Shown here: piece after piece, positions 46,804-55,670 of the stretch
Layout: each line of letters opens with the position of its first letter
How positions within the stretch are numbered: the stretch's first letter is position 1
Source: an uncultured Lachnospiraceae bacterium
Lineage (GTDB): Bacteria; Bacillota; Clostridia; Lachnospirales; Lachnospiraceae
Reading direction: 5' to 3'
Assembly (NCBI GenBank): GCA_947626475.1
Contig: CANQSK010000002.1
Location: forward strand, 5,115 to 69,114
DNA length: 64,000 bases
The notes under the pieces: generated by a model
Databases searched by the model: none
Told to the model about the DNA's origin: nothing
The model's input: the letters and a program-made list of their open reading frames with translations, nothing else
Made by a program: the position numbers and the translations under genes

Positions 46804-48700
46804 GTACCACTGCTCCCTTTTCGTTCTTTTTCCGCCCGGGCTTCTTCCCGGAGACTTCCGGCTCCGCCGTCTTCCCCACCAGCACGGCCACGGTTCTTCC
46901 CGCCGCGGCGTACCGGCGCTGGTCTTCCAGAAGGGGCTCCTGCCCGGCTTCATAAAATCCGTTGACCGTCTTCAGGCTTGTGTCCGCGGCAACATGCCAC
47001 CGGCCGCCCTTCGGCAAAGTAGGCAGCGCGAATTCACAGCTCTCCCAGTGCATGTTGCAGATCACGAAATAGAAATCGTCATCCGTCCCGTCGGCCTTCT
47101 TTCCATAGCGGCCGCAGTACAGGACGGCTCCCTGCCGCCGGAAGCTTTCATATTCCGGATACCAGGCGTTCACACCGTGGAAGGACACATCCGGAAAACC
47201 GCAGGACAGATAATCCATCATCCTGGGGGCTTCCTTTCCATGGAACATCGGATGAGCTTTCCGGAAGGCTATGGCCTGCCTCGCAAACTCATAAATATCC
47301 CTGTTGCTTTTCAGAAGATTCCAGTTCAGCCAGGAAATGTCATTGTCCTGACAGTAAGCATTGTTGTTGCCCTCCTGGGAGTTGCCGAACTCGTCGCCGG
47401 CCATAAGAAGAGGCGTACCCCGGCTCAGGAACAAAAACAGCAGAGCATTGCGTATCTGCCTCTTCCGAAGCTCCGTCACCTTTCTCTTTCTGGTGGGGCC
47501 TTCCTCCCCACAGTTCCAGCTGAAATTCCGGTCGGTGCCGTCCCGGTTGTTCTCCTCGTTGGCCTCGTTGTGTTTCCGGTCATAGGAAACCGCGTCCATC
47601 AGCGTAAAACCGTTGGTGTTGGCCATATAGTTGACCGCGCTCATCCCCGGCGAATATCCGGTCAGGCGCTCAAGGGCCTGGCGGAGCATGTCCTCGTCTC
47701 CCTTCAGGAACCGGCGCATATCATTCTGAAACCCGTCCTCATAGCGGATCAGATTCTTTCCTCCAAGTCCCTGCCAGTCCGCCGCGTACAGACTCACATC
47801 CGCCAGATACGGGTCCGCGCCGATCAGGGCGGCCGGCGGCTGCCCCACCAGGTGAATGCCGTCCACATGGTACTCTCCCGCCCAGAACCGGGCCATATCC
47901 AGCGCCTGCGCAGGCGGTTCCTTACCGGTAAAGAACAGCTCCACAATCAGCTCCATTCCGGCACTGTGCAGCTCCTTCACCAGCGTTTTAAACTCCTTCA
48001 CCGGGTCTTTCGTTCTGCCGGAGGCGTAGGACGCCTTGGGGGCGAAGCCATACCCGCCGGCGTATCCCCAATAATTGATCCTGCCTGTGACCTTTGTCCT
48101 GGCATAAGGCCCCTGGCTTTCCAGAACCATGACCTCCTGAAATTCCGAAACAGGCATCAGCTCTACCGTGGTAATCCCCAGTTCCTTCATGTAGGGAATC
48201 TTCGCCGCGATCCCCTTAAAGGTCCCCTTATCCCGGACACCTGACGTGCGGTGGCAGGTCAGGCCTCTGGTATGTATGCGGTAAATGATCCGGTCTTCCG
48301 CGGGAATACCGGGCCGCTTATCGCCTTCCCAGTCAAAAGCCGCCTGATACAGGGGAGAACGAAGAAGCTTGTCCGCATTCTCAGGACAGCCCCATGTCTC
48401 CCAGCCGGTTACAGCTTTTCCGTAAGGGTCCGCCGTCATTTTCCCGTCAATCTCAAAACAATATTCCAGGTTTCTGGGAAGCTTCCCTTCCACCGTCAGG
48501 GTCAGGTTCCACACATTTCCCTGCCGCTTTGCAGGGTCCATGGGGTACACTGCCGCCGGCTCTTCCTTCCCCTTCTCAAACAACACAAGACTGCAGGATG
48601 ACCCTGCCGACGCGACTGAAGCATGGATCCTGCTCTTCGTCACAGTCACTCCCATGGGATAATACCCGTTCTCGCCCGCCGATATACTCAGCTGCTTCAC
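46790..48700 (-). CDS. glgX: GlgX/isoamylase-like GH13 protein lacking the catalytic residues (probable pseudoenzyme)
   Basis: Family motifs retained: GITTVELMPV, NYWGY, NFSWNCGEEGPT, GTPLLMAGDEFGNSQEGNNNAYCQDNDISWLNW. Catalytic regions degenerate: DGIHLVG, YAADW, NTNGFTL. GTG start after AAAGGAG. Confidence 0.85.
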   Translation of the reverse strand: MKQLSISAGENGYYPMGVTVTKSRIHASVASAGSSCSLVLFEKGKEEPAAVYPMDPAKRQGNVWNLTLTVEGKLPRNLEYCFEIDGKMTADPYGKAVTGWETWGCPENADKLLRSPLYQAAFDWEGDKRPGIPAEDRIIYRIHTRGLTCHRTSGVRDKGTFKGIAAKIPYMKELGITTVELMPVSEFQEVMVLESQGPYARTKVTGRINYWGYAGGYGFAPKASYASGRTKDPVKEFKTLVKELHSAGMELIVELFFTGKEPPAQALDMARFWAGEYHVDGIHLVGQPPAALIGADPYLADVSLYAADWQGLGGKNLIRYEDGFQNDMRRFLKGDEDMLRQALERLTGYSPGMSAVNYMANTNGFTLMDAVSYDRKHNEANEENNRDGTDRNFSWNCGEEGPTRKRKVTELRKRQIRNALLFLFLSRGTPLLMAGDEFGNSQEGNNNAYCQDNDISWLNWNLLKSNRDIYEFARQAIAFRKAHPMFHGKEAPRMMDYLSCGFPDVSFHGVNAWYPEYESFRRQGAVLYCGRYGKKADGTDDDFYFVICNMHWESCEFALPTLPKGGRWHVAADTSLKTVNGFYEAGQEPLLEDQRRYAAAGRTVAVLVGKTAEPEVSGKKPGRKKNEKGAVVHENL

Positions 48701-48713
48701 GTTTCCACTCCTT

Positions 48714-49466
48714 TCACGAAATCACAAGCTCCACCGGGCAATGGTCCGAGCCCATCACCTCCGTGTGGATGGCAGCGCTCACCAGGCGGTCTTTCAGACT
48801 TTCCGACACGCAGAAATAGTCGATACGCCACCCGGCATTTTTCTCCCTGGCCTTGAACCGATAGGACCACCAGGAATAGATTCCCGTCTGTTCCGGATAA
48901 AAATACCGAAACGTGTCAATAAAACCGGACTCCAGAAGATGAGAAAACTTTTCCCTCTCCTGGTCCGTAAAACCGGCATTGTTCCGGTTGCTCCTGGGAT
49001 TTTTCAGATCGATCTCTCTGTGAGCCACATTCAGGTCGCCGCAGAAGATCACGGGCTTCCTCTTTTCCAGCCCTTTCAGATATGCCAGAAACGCATCTTC
49101 CCAGGTCATCCGGTAGGGAAGGCGGGCCAGCCCGTCCTGAGAGTTGGGCGTATAGCAGGTCACTACATAATACTCCTCAAACTCCGCCGTGATCACGCGG
49201 CCCTCATGGTCATGCTCTTCCGCTCCGATGCCGTAAGATACGGAAAGCGGTTCCTCTCTGGTGAACATGGCCGTCCCCGAATACCCTTTCTTCTCCGCAT
49301 AGTTCCAGTACTGCCGGTATCCGTCCAGCTGCAGGTCCAGCTGTCCGGCCTGAAGCTTGCTCTCCTGAATGCAGAACACGTCCGCATCCGCCTGATGAAA
49401 ATAATCCAAAAAGCCTTTGCCTACACAGGCCCGCAGGCCGTTAACATTCCAGGAAATCAGTTTCAC
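48714..49466 (-). CDS. xth: Exodeoxyribonuclease III / AP endonuclease
   Basis: [38 protein letters not shown] and GSDHCP motifs. GTG start at 49466 gives 250 aa. Confidence 0.93.
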   Translation of the reverse strand: MKLISWNVNGLRACVGKGFLDYFHQADADVFCIQESKLQAGQLDLQLDGYRQYWNYAEKKGYSGTAMFTREEPLSVSYGIGAEEHDHEGRVITAEFEEYYVVTCYTPNSQDGLARLPYRMTWEDAFLAYLKGLEKRKPVIFCGDLNVAHREIDLKNPRSNRNNAGFTDQEREKFSHLLESGFIDTFRYFYPEQTGIYSWWSYRFKAREKNAGWRIDYFCVSESLKDRLVSAAIHTEVMGSDHCPVELVIS

Positions 49467-49498
49467 GACGCATAAAACTCCTTTCTGTCTGTAAAAAG

Positions 49499-49527
49499 AG
49501 TATAACATAACACCTCTTTCCGTTCAA
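49499..49527 (-). promoter_or_regulatory. Promoter of the xth-glgX*-glf operon
   Basis: Minus strand TTGAAC, 17-bp spacer, TATACT with an extended -10 TG. Confidence 0.6.
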
Positions 49528-49539
49528 GTGGATAAGACC

Positions 49540-49568
49540 TTGCGCAGGTCCTGTTTTTGGAGTAAAAT
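49540..49568 (+). promoter_or_regulatory. Putative promoter of hflKC
   Basis: TTGCGC, 17-bp spacer, TAAAAT. Confidence 0.45.
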
Positions 49569-49618
49569 ATACTTCAGACGTTTCAACAAACAAGAGAAAA
49601 AGAAAGGCGGTCAGACTT

Positions 49619-50644
49619 ATGAACGAAAATGAACAGCAGCCCAAAAAGAACAGAAAACTGCTGCCGAAGATCCTTTGGGCCATCGGCACCGTTCCCATGC
49701 TGGCAGTGGCCATCGTGCTGGCGGGCATTCTGGTTCTGAACAGCTTTTATACACTGAGAGAAAATGAAGTGGCTGTTCTCAAGACTCTGGGACGCCCGGA
49801 AAGCGTCACCGACGCAGGCATCCATTTTAAGATTCCCTTCGTCCAGAGCGTCTACAAAATGTCCCGCGAGATTCTGGGCATGCGCATCGGCTACGACGAC
49901 ACAGATCAGTCGGTGCCTTCCGAGTCCGAGATGATCACAGTGGACGCCAATTTCGTCAATGTGGACTTCTGGATTGAGTACCAGGTAACCGACCCGCTCC
50001 AGGCTTATGTCAACCGCGGCACCTCCGAAACCATTCTGAGAAATCTGGCTCAGTCCTACATCCGCGATACGGTCGGTGTCTACGGAATCGACGAGGTCCT
50101 GACCACCGGAAAATCGGAAATCCAGACCAGGGTCAAGACCCTGCTCTCCCAGCGGATGCTGGCGGAGGACGTAGGTCTGGGCATCGTCAACGTCACGATT
50201 CAGGATTCCGAACCTCCTACCGAAGACATTTCCAAGGCCTTCGAGGCCGTGGAGGACGCCAAGCAGGGAATGGATACGAAGATCAACGAAGCCAGAAAAT
50301 ACGAATCCACGGAGATTCCCAACGCCAACGCCCGGGCGGACAAGATCCGGCAGGAAGCGGAGGCTTACCGCCAGGAAAGGATCAGCGAGGCCGAAGGCCA
50401 GGCGGCGCGGTTCAACGAGCTGTATAACGAGTATGTGAAATATCCGCTGATCACAAAGAAGCGGATGTATTACGAGGCTTTGGAGGAGGTTCTTCCTTCT
50501 CTGAAGGTATATATTGACAGCTCCGGCGAAAGCGGAACCCAGACCATGCTGCCCTTAGAGCCCTTCGCCGTTCAGACGGCTCCCGCCGCCCAGTCCCAAA
50601 GCAGTTCCTTACAGCCGGAAGAAGACGCCGGCACGACAGAATAG
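49619..50644 (+). CDS. hflK: SPFH-domain FtsH modulator HflK
   Basis: N-terminal TM, GIHFKIPF, EMITVDAN, A.G.AARF..LY.EY, ITKKRMYYEALEEVL; paired with hflC. Confidence 0.85.
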   Translation: MNENEQQPKKNRKLLPKILWAIGTVPMLAVAIVLAGILVLNSFYTLRENEVAVLKTLGRPESVTDAGIHFKIPFVQSVYKMSREILGMRIGYDDTDQSVPSESEMITVDANFVNVDFWIEYQVTDPLQAYVNRGTSETILRNLAQSYIRDTVGVYGIDEVLTTGKSEIQTRVKTLLSQRMLAEDVGLGIVNVTIQDSEPPTEDISKAFEAVEDAKQGMDTKINEARKYESTEIPNANARADKIRQEAEAYRQERISEAEGQAARFNELYNEYVKYPLITKKRMYYEALEEVLPSLKVYIDSSGESGTQTMLPLEPFAVQTAPAAQSQSSSLQPEEDAGTTE

Positions 50645-50658
50645 GAGGAATCAAGAGC

Positions 50659-51531
50659 ATGAAGAAATTATTTCTGGCCGTTCCGGCCCTTATCCTGTGC
50701 GCTGCCCTGGCGGCGACATCTCTGGTTGTGGTCAATCCCGATGAATACGTCCTGATCAAGCAGTTCGGACGGGTGGTGCGGGTGGAATCCCAGCCCGGCC
50801 CCGCCTTCAAGATTCCTTTTGTCCAGACCACCCAGTCGGTGCCCCGGCACAAGATGATCTATGATATCGCTCCCAGCGATGTGACCACCAAGGACAAAAA
50901 GGTGCTGAATGTAGATTCCTTCGTTATCTGGGAAGTCTCGGACCCGCTGAAATACCTTTCCACCGTAGGCGCCAGCGAGGCGACCGCCACTGTGCGTATC
51001 GAGAACGCCGTGTACAACGCCACCAAGAACGTAATGTCCTCCATGACCCAGGAGGAGATCATCGCCAACCGCGACGGACAGCTGGCCGCCGACATCTTAT
51101 CCAGCATCGGCTCCTCCCTGGAGGATTCCTACGGCATCCGGGTGATCGCCACGGAAACCAAGAAGCTGGACCTGCCCAACTCCAACAAGCAGGCCGTGTA
51201 CGAGCGCATGATATCGGAGCGCAACAATATTGCCGCCCAGTACACAGCGGACGGCGAATATCAGTCTTCCCTTATCATCAACCAGACCGACCGCACCGCG
51301 AGAGAGACGGTAGCCAGGGCCGAGGCTGAGGCCGAGAAAATCCGGGCCGACGCGGAAGCCCAGTACATGCAGATCCTCAGCGACGCGTACAATGATGAGA
51401 ATAAGGCGGATTTTTATAACTTTGTCCGCTCTCTGGACGCCCTGAAGGCATCTCTCAAGGGCGGCAACAAGACTGTCATCCTGGGCGGAGACAGCGAGCT
51501 GGCCGGAATCCTGGCCGGGCAGCAGCCCTGA
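50659..51531 (+). CDS. hflC: SPFH-domain FtsH modulator HflC
   Basis: GPAFKIPFVQ, TKDKK, VYERMISER..IA and DFYNFVRSLDALK motifs. Confidence 0.88.
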   Translation: MKKLFLAVPALILCAALAATSLVVVNPDEYVLIKQFGRVVRVESQPGPAFKIPFVQTTQSVPRHKMIYDIAPSDVTTKDKKVLNVDSFVIWEVSDPLKYLSTVGASEATATVRIENAVYNATKNVMSSMTQEEIIANRDGQLAADILSSIGSSLEDSYGIRVIATETKKLDLPNSNKQAVYERMISERNNIAAQYTADGEYQSSLIINQTDRTARETVARAEAEAEKIRADAEAQYMQILSDAYNDENKADFYNFVRSLDALKASLKGGNKTVILGGDSELAGILAGQQP

Positions 51532-51547
51532 CCCAGGCGGGAACTTA

Positions 51548-51591
51548 TTGACGGAAGTTTGGATACGTGCTACTATTTTATCAATCCAAAC
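51548..51591 (+). promoter_or_regulatory. MATE promoter with an inverted repeat flanking the -10
   Basis: TTGACG, 17-bp spacer, TACTAT (extended TG). GTTTGGAT (51557-51564) and ATCCAAAC (51584-51591) form a perfect 8-bp inverted repeat. Confidence 0.55.
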
Positions 51592-51637
51592 AACAGGATT
51601 ATAATATCTTCCGCAAATCCAAGGAGCTGATTTTTCT

Positions 51638-52984
51638 ATGATTCAGGAAAAGAACATCTCGGACCGTCAGTACGACCGCATGACTCTCACTCCCGTACAT
51701 AAACTGATTCTGACTCTGGGACTTCCGACTACCATCAGTATGCTTGTCACCAATGTATACAACATGGCTGACACCTATTTTGTAAGCACTCTCGGCACCA
51801 GCGCCAGCGGGGCCGTGGGCATTGTGTTCGCGCTAATGGCTATTATCCAGGCCTTCGGCTTTATGTTCGGGCAGGGCGCGGGAAGCTGCATGAGCCGCCA
51901 GCTGGGCAAGCGGCACATAGAGGAGGCCAGGACCTACTCCGCCACCAGCTTCTACCTGTCTCTGATGTGCGGCCTGGCGATCACCATACTTGGCCTGCTC
52001 TTTCTGACGCCTCTTATGAGGCTTCTGGGGAGCACCGATTCCATCTTGCCTTTCGCCAGAACCTACAGCACGTACATCCTTCTGGCGGCCCCCGCCATGG
52101 CCTCCAGCTGCGTCATGAACAATATCCTCCGCTATGAGGGCAAGGCCATCTTCGCCATGTTCGGCCTGGGCTCGGGAGGAATCCTGAATATTTTCGGCGA
52201 TTATATTCTGATTCAGCATTTTCACATGGGAATCGCGGGAGCCGGGATTTCCACCGCCGTTTCCCAGTATATAGGCGCGGCGATCCTTCTGGCGCCGTTT
52301 CTGAAGAAGAAGGTGCAGAGCAGTTTCCATCCCAGGTACTTCACCCACGTTCCCGGCTATACCAGAGACATCGTTCTGGTAGGCTTTCCCAGTCTGATGC
52401 GCCAGGGCCTGACCAGCATCTCGGTCATGATCCTGAACCAGTGCGCCGCTGTCTACGGAGACGCGGTCATCGCCGCCATGAGCATTGTATCCCGTGTCCT
52501 GAATTTCCTGTTCTGCGTGGGAATCGGCATCGGGCAGGGCTTCCAGCCGGTCAGCGCCTTCAACTACGGGGCCGGCAAATATGACCGGGTCAAGGAGGCG
52601 TGGCGGTTTACCTGGCTGTTCAGCACCGGATTTCTTACGGTTATGGCAATTATCGGCTTCACCTTTGCCGCGCCCATCATCACCGTTTTCCGGGACGACC
52701 CGGATGTTATCGCCGCCGGTATTCCGGCTCTCAGGATGCAGTGCGTCGCCCTGGTAGTCATGCCTCTCTGCCTCAGCGGCAATATGCTGTTCCAGAGCAT
52801 CGGAAAGAGCGCCCAGGCTATTTTCCTGTCCAGTATCCGAAGCGGCCTGCTGTTTATTCCGATCCTGCTGATCACCAGCCATTTGTTCGGCCTGTTCGGC
52901 ATCCAGATGGCTCAGGCCCTGGCCGATGTCTTATCCGGAATCATCACAGCTCCGCTGATCTACCGTTTTTTCAAAACCATATGA
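51638..52984 (+). CDS. MATE family efflux transporter
   Basis: YNMADTYFVSTLGTSASGAVG and GFQPVSAFNYGA motifs; about 12 TM helices. Confidence 0.9.
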   Translation: MIQEKNISDRQYDRMTLTPVHKLILTLGLPTTISMLVTNVYNMADTYFVSTLGTSASGAVGIVFALMAIIQAFGFMFGQGAGSCMSRQLGKRHIEEARTYSATSFYLSLMCGLAITILGLLFLTPLMRLLGSTDSILPFARTYSTYILLAAPAMASSCVMNNILRYEGKAIFAMFGLGSGGILNIFGDYILIQHFHMGIAGAGISTAVSQYIGAAILLAPFLKKKVQSSFHPRYFTHVPGYTRDIVLVGFPSLMRQGLTSISVMILNQCAAVYGDAVIAAMSIVSRVLNFLFCVGIGIGQGFQPVSAFNYGAGKYDRVKEAWRFTWLFSTGFLTVMAIIGFTFAAPIITVFRDDPDVIAAGIPALRMQCVALVVMPLCLSGNMLFQSIGKSAQAIFLSSIRSGLLFIPILLITSHLFGLFGIQMAQALADVLSGIITAPLIYRFFKTI

Positions 52985-53022
52985 CAAAACCGGTTGTCAC
53001 TCATCCGTTTTTGGGCTATAAT
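52982..53022 (+). promoter_or_regulatory. Flavodiiron gene promoter with a palindrome over the -35
   Basis: TTGTCA (52994-52999), 17-bp spacer, TATAAT (53017-53022). TGACAA-N6-TTGTCA palindrome at 52982-52999. Confidence 0.6.
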
Positions 53023-53054
53023 GGGTCTTAATTTAAGGAAGGAGCTCTTACACA

Positions 53055-55580
53055 ATGAAATCTATCAAGCTGAGAGATGACTTTTTCTGGACCGGCATCA
53101 TTGACGACCAGCTGAGAGTCTTCGACATCATTATGTACACGGAATTTGGCACCACCTACAACTCTTATGTTCTTAAGGCAGATGATAAAGTCATTCTGTT
53201 TGAGACTGCCAAAGCAAAATTTTTCGATGAATACCTGTCCAAGCTTCAGGAAGTCATCGATGTGACAAAGATTGACTACCTGGTGGTAGACCACACAGAG
53301 CCGGACCACGCCGGAAGCGTGGAAAAACTCCTGGATTACAGCCCCCAGATGAAGATCATCGCCACAACCACGGCCATCAATTTTCTGAAGGAGATCGTAA
53401 ACCGGGATTTCGTCAGTCTTCCCGTAAAGGACAACCAGAAGATGACCATCGGCAACCGCACACTGAGCTTTATGGTGGTGCCGAACCTTCACTGGCCGGA
53501 TACCATGTATACCTTTATCGAGGAAGAGCAGATTCTGGTAACCTGCGATTCCTTCGGCTCTCATTACTGCCTGCCGGAAGTGGTGTCCACCGAGATTAAG
53601 AATGAGGACGATTATCAGAGCGCGCTGAAATATTATTATGACTGCATCATCGGTCCCTTCAAGCCCTTCATGCTCAAGGCCCTGAACCGGGTGGAGAAGA
53701 TGGACATTTCCATGATCGCCACCGGCCACGGGCCCGTGCTGGTGGGCGACCGTATTCCCCAGGTTATGAAGACCTACCGGAAATGGTCCACCGTGGTGAA
53801 TCCCAACACAAAGAAAACCGTGGTCATCCCCTATGTCAGCGCCTACGGCTATACCGGCATGCTGGCGGAGAAGATCGCTGACGGCGTCAGAGACAGCGGC
53901 GATGTGGATGTAAGAATCTATGACATGGTAACGGCAGATAAAGATAAGGTAAATGAAGAGCTGCTGTTTGCGGACGGACTTCTGTTCGGTACGCCTACCA
54001 TCGTAGGCGACGCCCTGCAGCCCATCTGGGATCTGGTCATCTCCATGTTCCCCGGCACTCACGGCGGCAAGCATGCCAGCGCCTTCGGCAGCTACGGCTG
54101 GAGCGGCGAGGGTGTTCCCAATATTATCGACCGCCTGCGTCAGCTGAAAATGAAGGTCACCGACGGGCTGAAGATCCGCTTCAAGCCCAGCGAGGCCGAC
54201 CTGGTGACCGCCTACGAGTTCGGTTATCAGTTTGGCTGCAAGGTGCAGAATAAGGAAGTGACTCTGCCGAAGAAGAGAGGCGCCCGCCAGCTGGTGAAAT
54301 GCCTGGTCTGCGGCGAGATTTTTGACTCCTCCATCGAGGTATGCCCGGTCTGCGGCGTGGGCAAGGAGAATTTTGTCCCGGTAGAAGCAGAGGAATCCGA
54401 TTTCACCAATAATACAGAGAATTTCTATGTGATCCTGGGCAACGGAGCCGCCGGCTTCAACGCGGCCAGAGCTGTCCGTGAGAGAGACAAGACCGGTACG
54501 GTCATTATGATCTCCAACGAAAACTACGCCGCCTACAACCGTCCCATGCTGACCAAGGCGCTGGTAGCCGGCCTGGAAGCGGATCAGATCGCCATCGAGA
54601 CCGCTGAATGGTACGAGAAGAACAATATCTACCAGATGCTGGGCAGGACCGTAACGGCTGTGGATACCGACGCCAGGGAAGTCTGCCTGGATGATGGGGC
54701 AAAGATTCATTATACCAGGCTGATCTACGCCATGGGAAGCGAATGCTTCATACCGCCTATTAAGGGCGCGGACCTGCCGAAGGTTGCCGCCATCCGCCGT
54801 CTGGATGATGTGCGGAAGGTCGAGAGCCTGATGAAACAGTCCAAATCCGCTGTAGTCATCGGCGGAGGCGTTCTGGGACTGGAAGCCGCCTGGGAGCTGA
54901 AGAAGGCCGGGCTGAGCGTGACGGTCCTGGAGGCCGCTCCGGTCCTGATGGGCCGTCAGCTGGATTCCGGCTCCGCGGAAATTCTGAAGGAGCTGGCCGC
55001 CAAACAGAATATTCAGATTCTTACCGGCGCAAATATCCAGGAAATTGACGAAGCCGGAGTTCGCCTGGCGGACGGCCAGCTGTTCGCGGCCGATATGGTT
55101 ATCATTTCCACCGGAATCCAGGCCAATACCGCTGTGGCATCCGCCATGAAGCTGGAGACCGGCCGCGCCGTCAAGGTGAACAGCCATATGGAGACCAGCA
55201 TCCCCGGCATCTATGCCTGCGGAGACTGTGCCGAGTACGAAGGCCTGAACCTGGGAATCTGGCCGGAAGCTGCTGAGCAGGGCAAAGTGGCCGGCGCCAA
55301 CGCAGCCGGAGATGAGGCGGAATATACTCCTGTCTCTGCCGCCCTCACCTTCCACGGCATGAACACCGCGCTGTTTGCCGCCGGAGACAACGGCAAGAAT
55401 CCCAATCTCCTGTACAAGACCGTTGAATTCCGTGATATGGGCAAGGGACAGTACAAGAAGTATTTCTTCCTGAACAACCGCCTCTGCGGCGTGATCCTCA
55501 TTGGAGACCTGTCTGAAATGGCGAAAATGACCATGGCTCTGGGGCAGCATATGACCTATCAGAAGGTGATGGCGGAGTAA
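53055..55580 (+). CDS. Class F flavodiiron protein (FDP core, short rubredoxin, NADH:rubredoxin oxidoreductase)
   Basis: DHTEPDHAGS, LHWPD, TCDSFG and ATGHG diiron ligands; flavodoxin SAYGYT and AFGSYGWSG; CLVC-x10-CPVC; ILGNGAAG, VIGGGVLGLE and IYACGD FAD/NADH motifs. Confidence 0.92.
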   Translation: MKSIKLRDDFFWTGIIDDQLRVFDIIMYTEFGTTYNSYVLKADDKVILFETAKAKFFDEYLSKLQEVIDVTKIDYLVVDHTEPDHAGSVEKLLDYSPQMKIIATTTAINFLKEIVNRDFVSLPVKDNQKMTIGNRTLSFMVVPNLHWPDTMYTFIEEEQILVTCDSFGSHYCLPEVVSTEIKNEDDYQSALKYYYDCIIGPFKPFMLKALNRVEKMDISMIATGHGPVLVGDRIPQVMKTYRKWSTVVNPNTKKTVVIPYVSAYGYTGMLAEKIADGVRDSGDVDVRIYDMVTADKDKVNEELLFADGLLFGTPTIVGDALQPIWDLVISMFPGTHGGKHASAFGSYGWSGEGVPNIIDRLRQLKMKVTDGLKIRFKPSEADLVTAYEFGYQFGCKVQNKEVTLPKKRGARQLVKCLVCGEIFDSSIEVCPVCGVGKENFVPVEAEESDFTNNTENFYVILGNGAAGFNAARAVRERDKTGTVIMISNENYAAYNRPMLTKALVAGLEADQIAIETAEWYEKNNIYQMLGRTVTAVDTDAREVCLDDGAKIHYTRLIYAMGSECFIPPIKGADLPKVAAIRRLDDVRKVESLMKQSKSAVVIGGGVLGLEAAWELKKAGLSVTVLEAAPVLMGRQLDSGSAEILKELAAKQNIQILTGANIQEIDEAGVRLADGQLFAADMVIISTGIQANTAVASAMKLETGRAVKVNSHMETSIPGIYACGDCAEYEGLNLGIWPEAAEQGKVAGANAAGDEAEYTPVSAALTFHGMNTALFAAGDNGKNPNLLYKTVEFRDMGKGQYKKYFFLNNRLCGVILIGDLSEMAKMTMALGQHMTYQKVMAE

Positions 55581-55605
55581 CAAGCGCCTCCACACAGTAA
55601 AAAGG

Positions 55606-55650
55606 ACAGCCATATTGGGACGTCAATCCAATATGGCTGTTTTTGTTTTT
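55606..55650. terminator. Terminator after the flavodiiron gene (probably bidirectional)
   Basis: 13-bp perfect stem ACAGCCATATTGG/CCAATATGGCTGT, followed by TTTTGTTTTT and preceded by an A-run. Confidence 0.8.
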
Positions 55651-55670
55651 ACTTGAAAATATTGGCAAAA

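Noticed and set aside
19885-55613. Other long antisense ORFs (19885..22122, 25586..27775, 46802..48244, 53028..55613 and similar)
   Set aside because: Each lies opposite a gene with clear family motifs and has none of its own.
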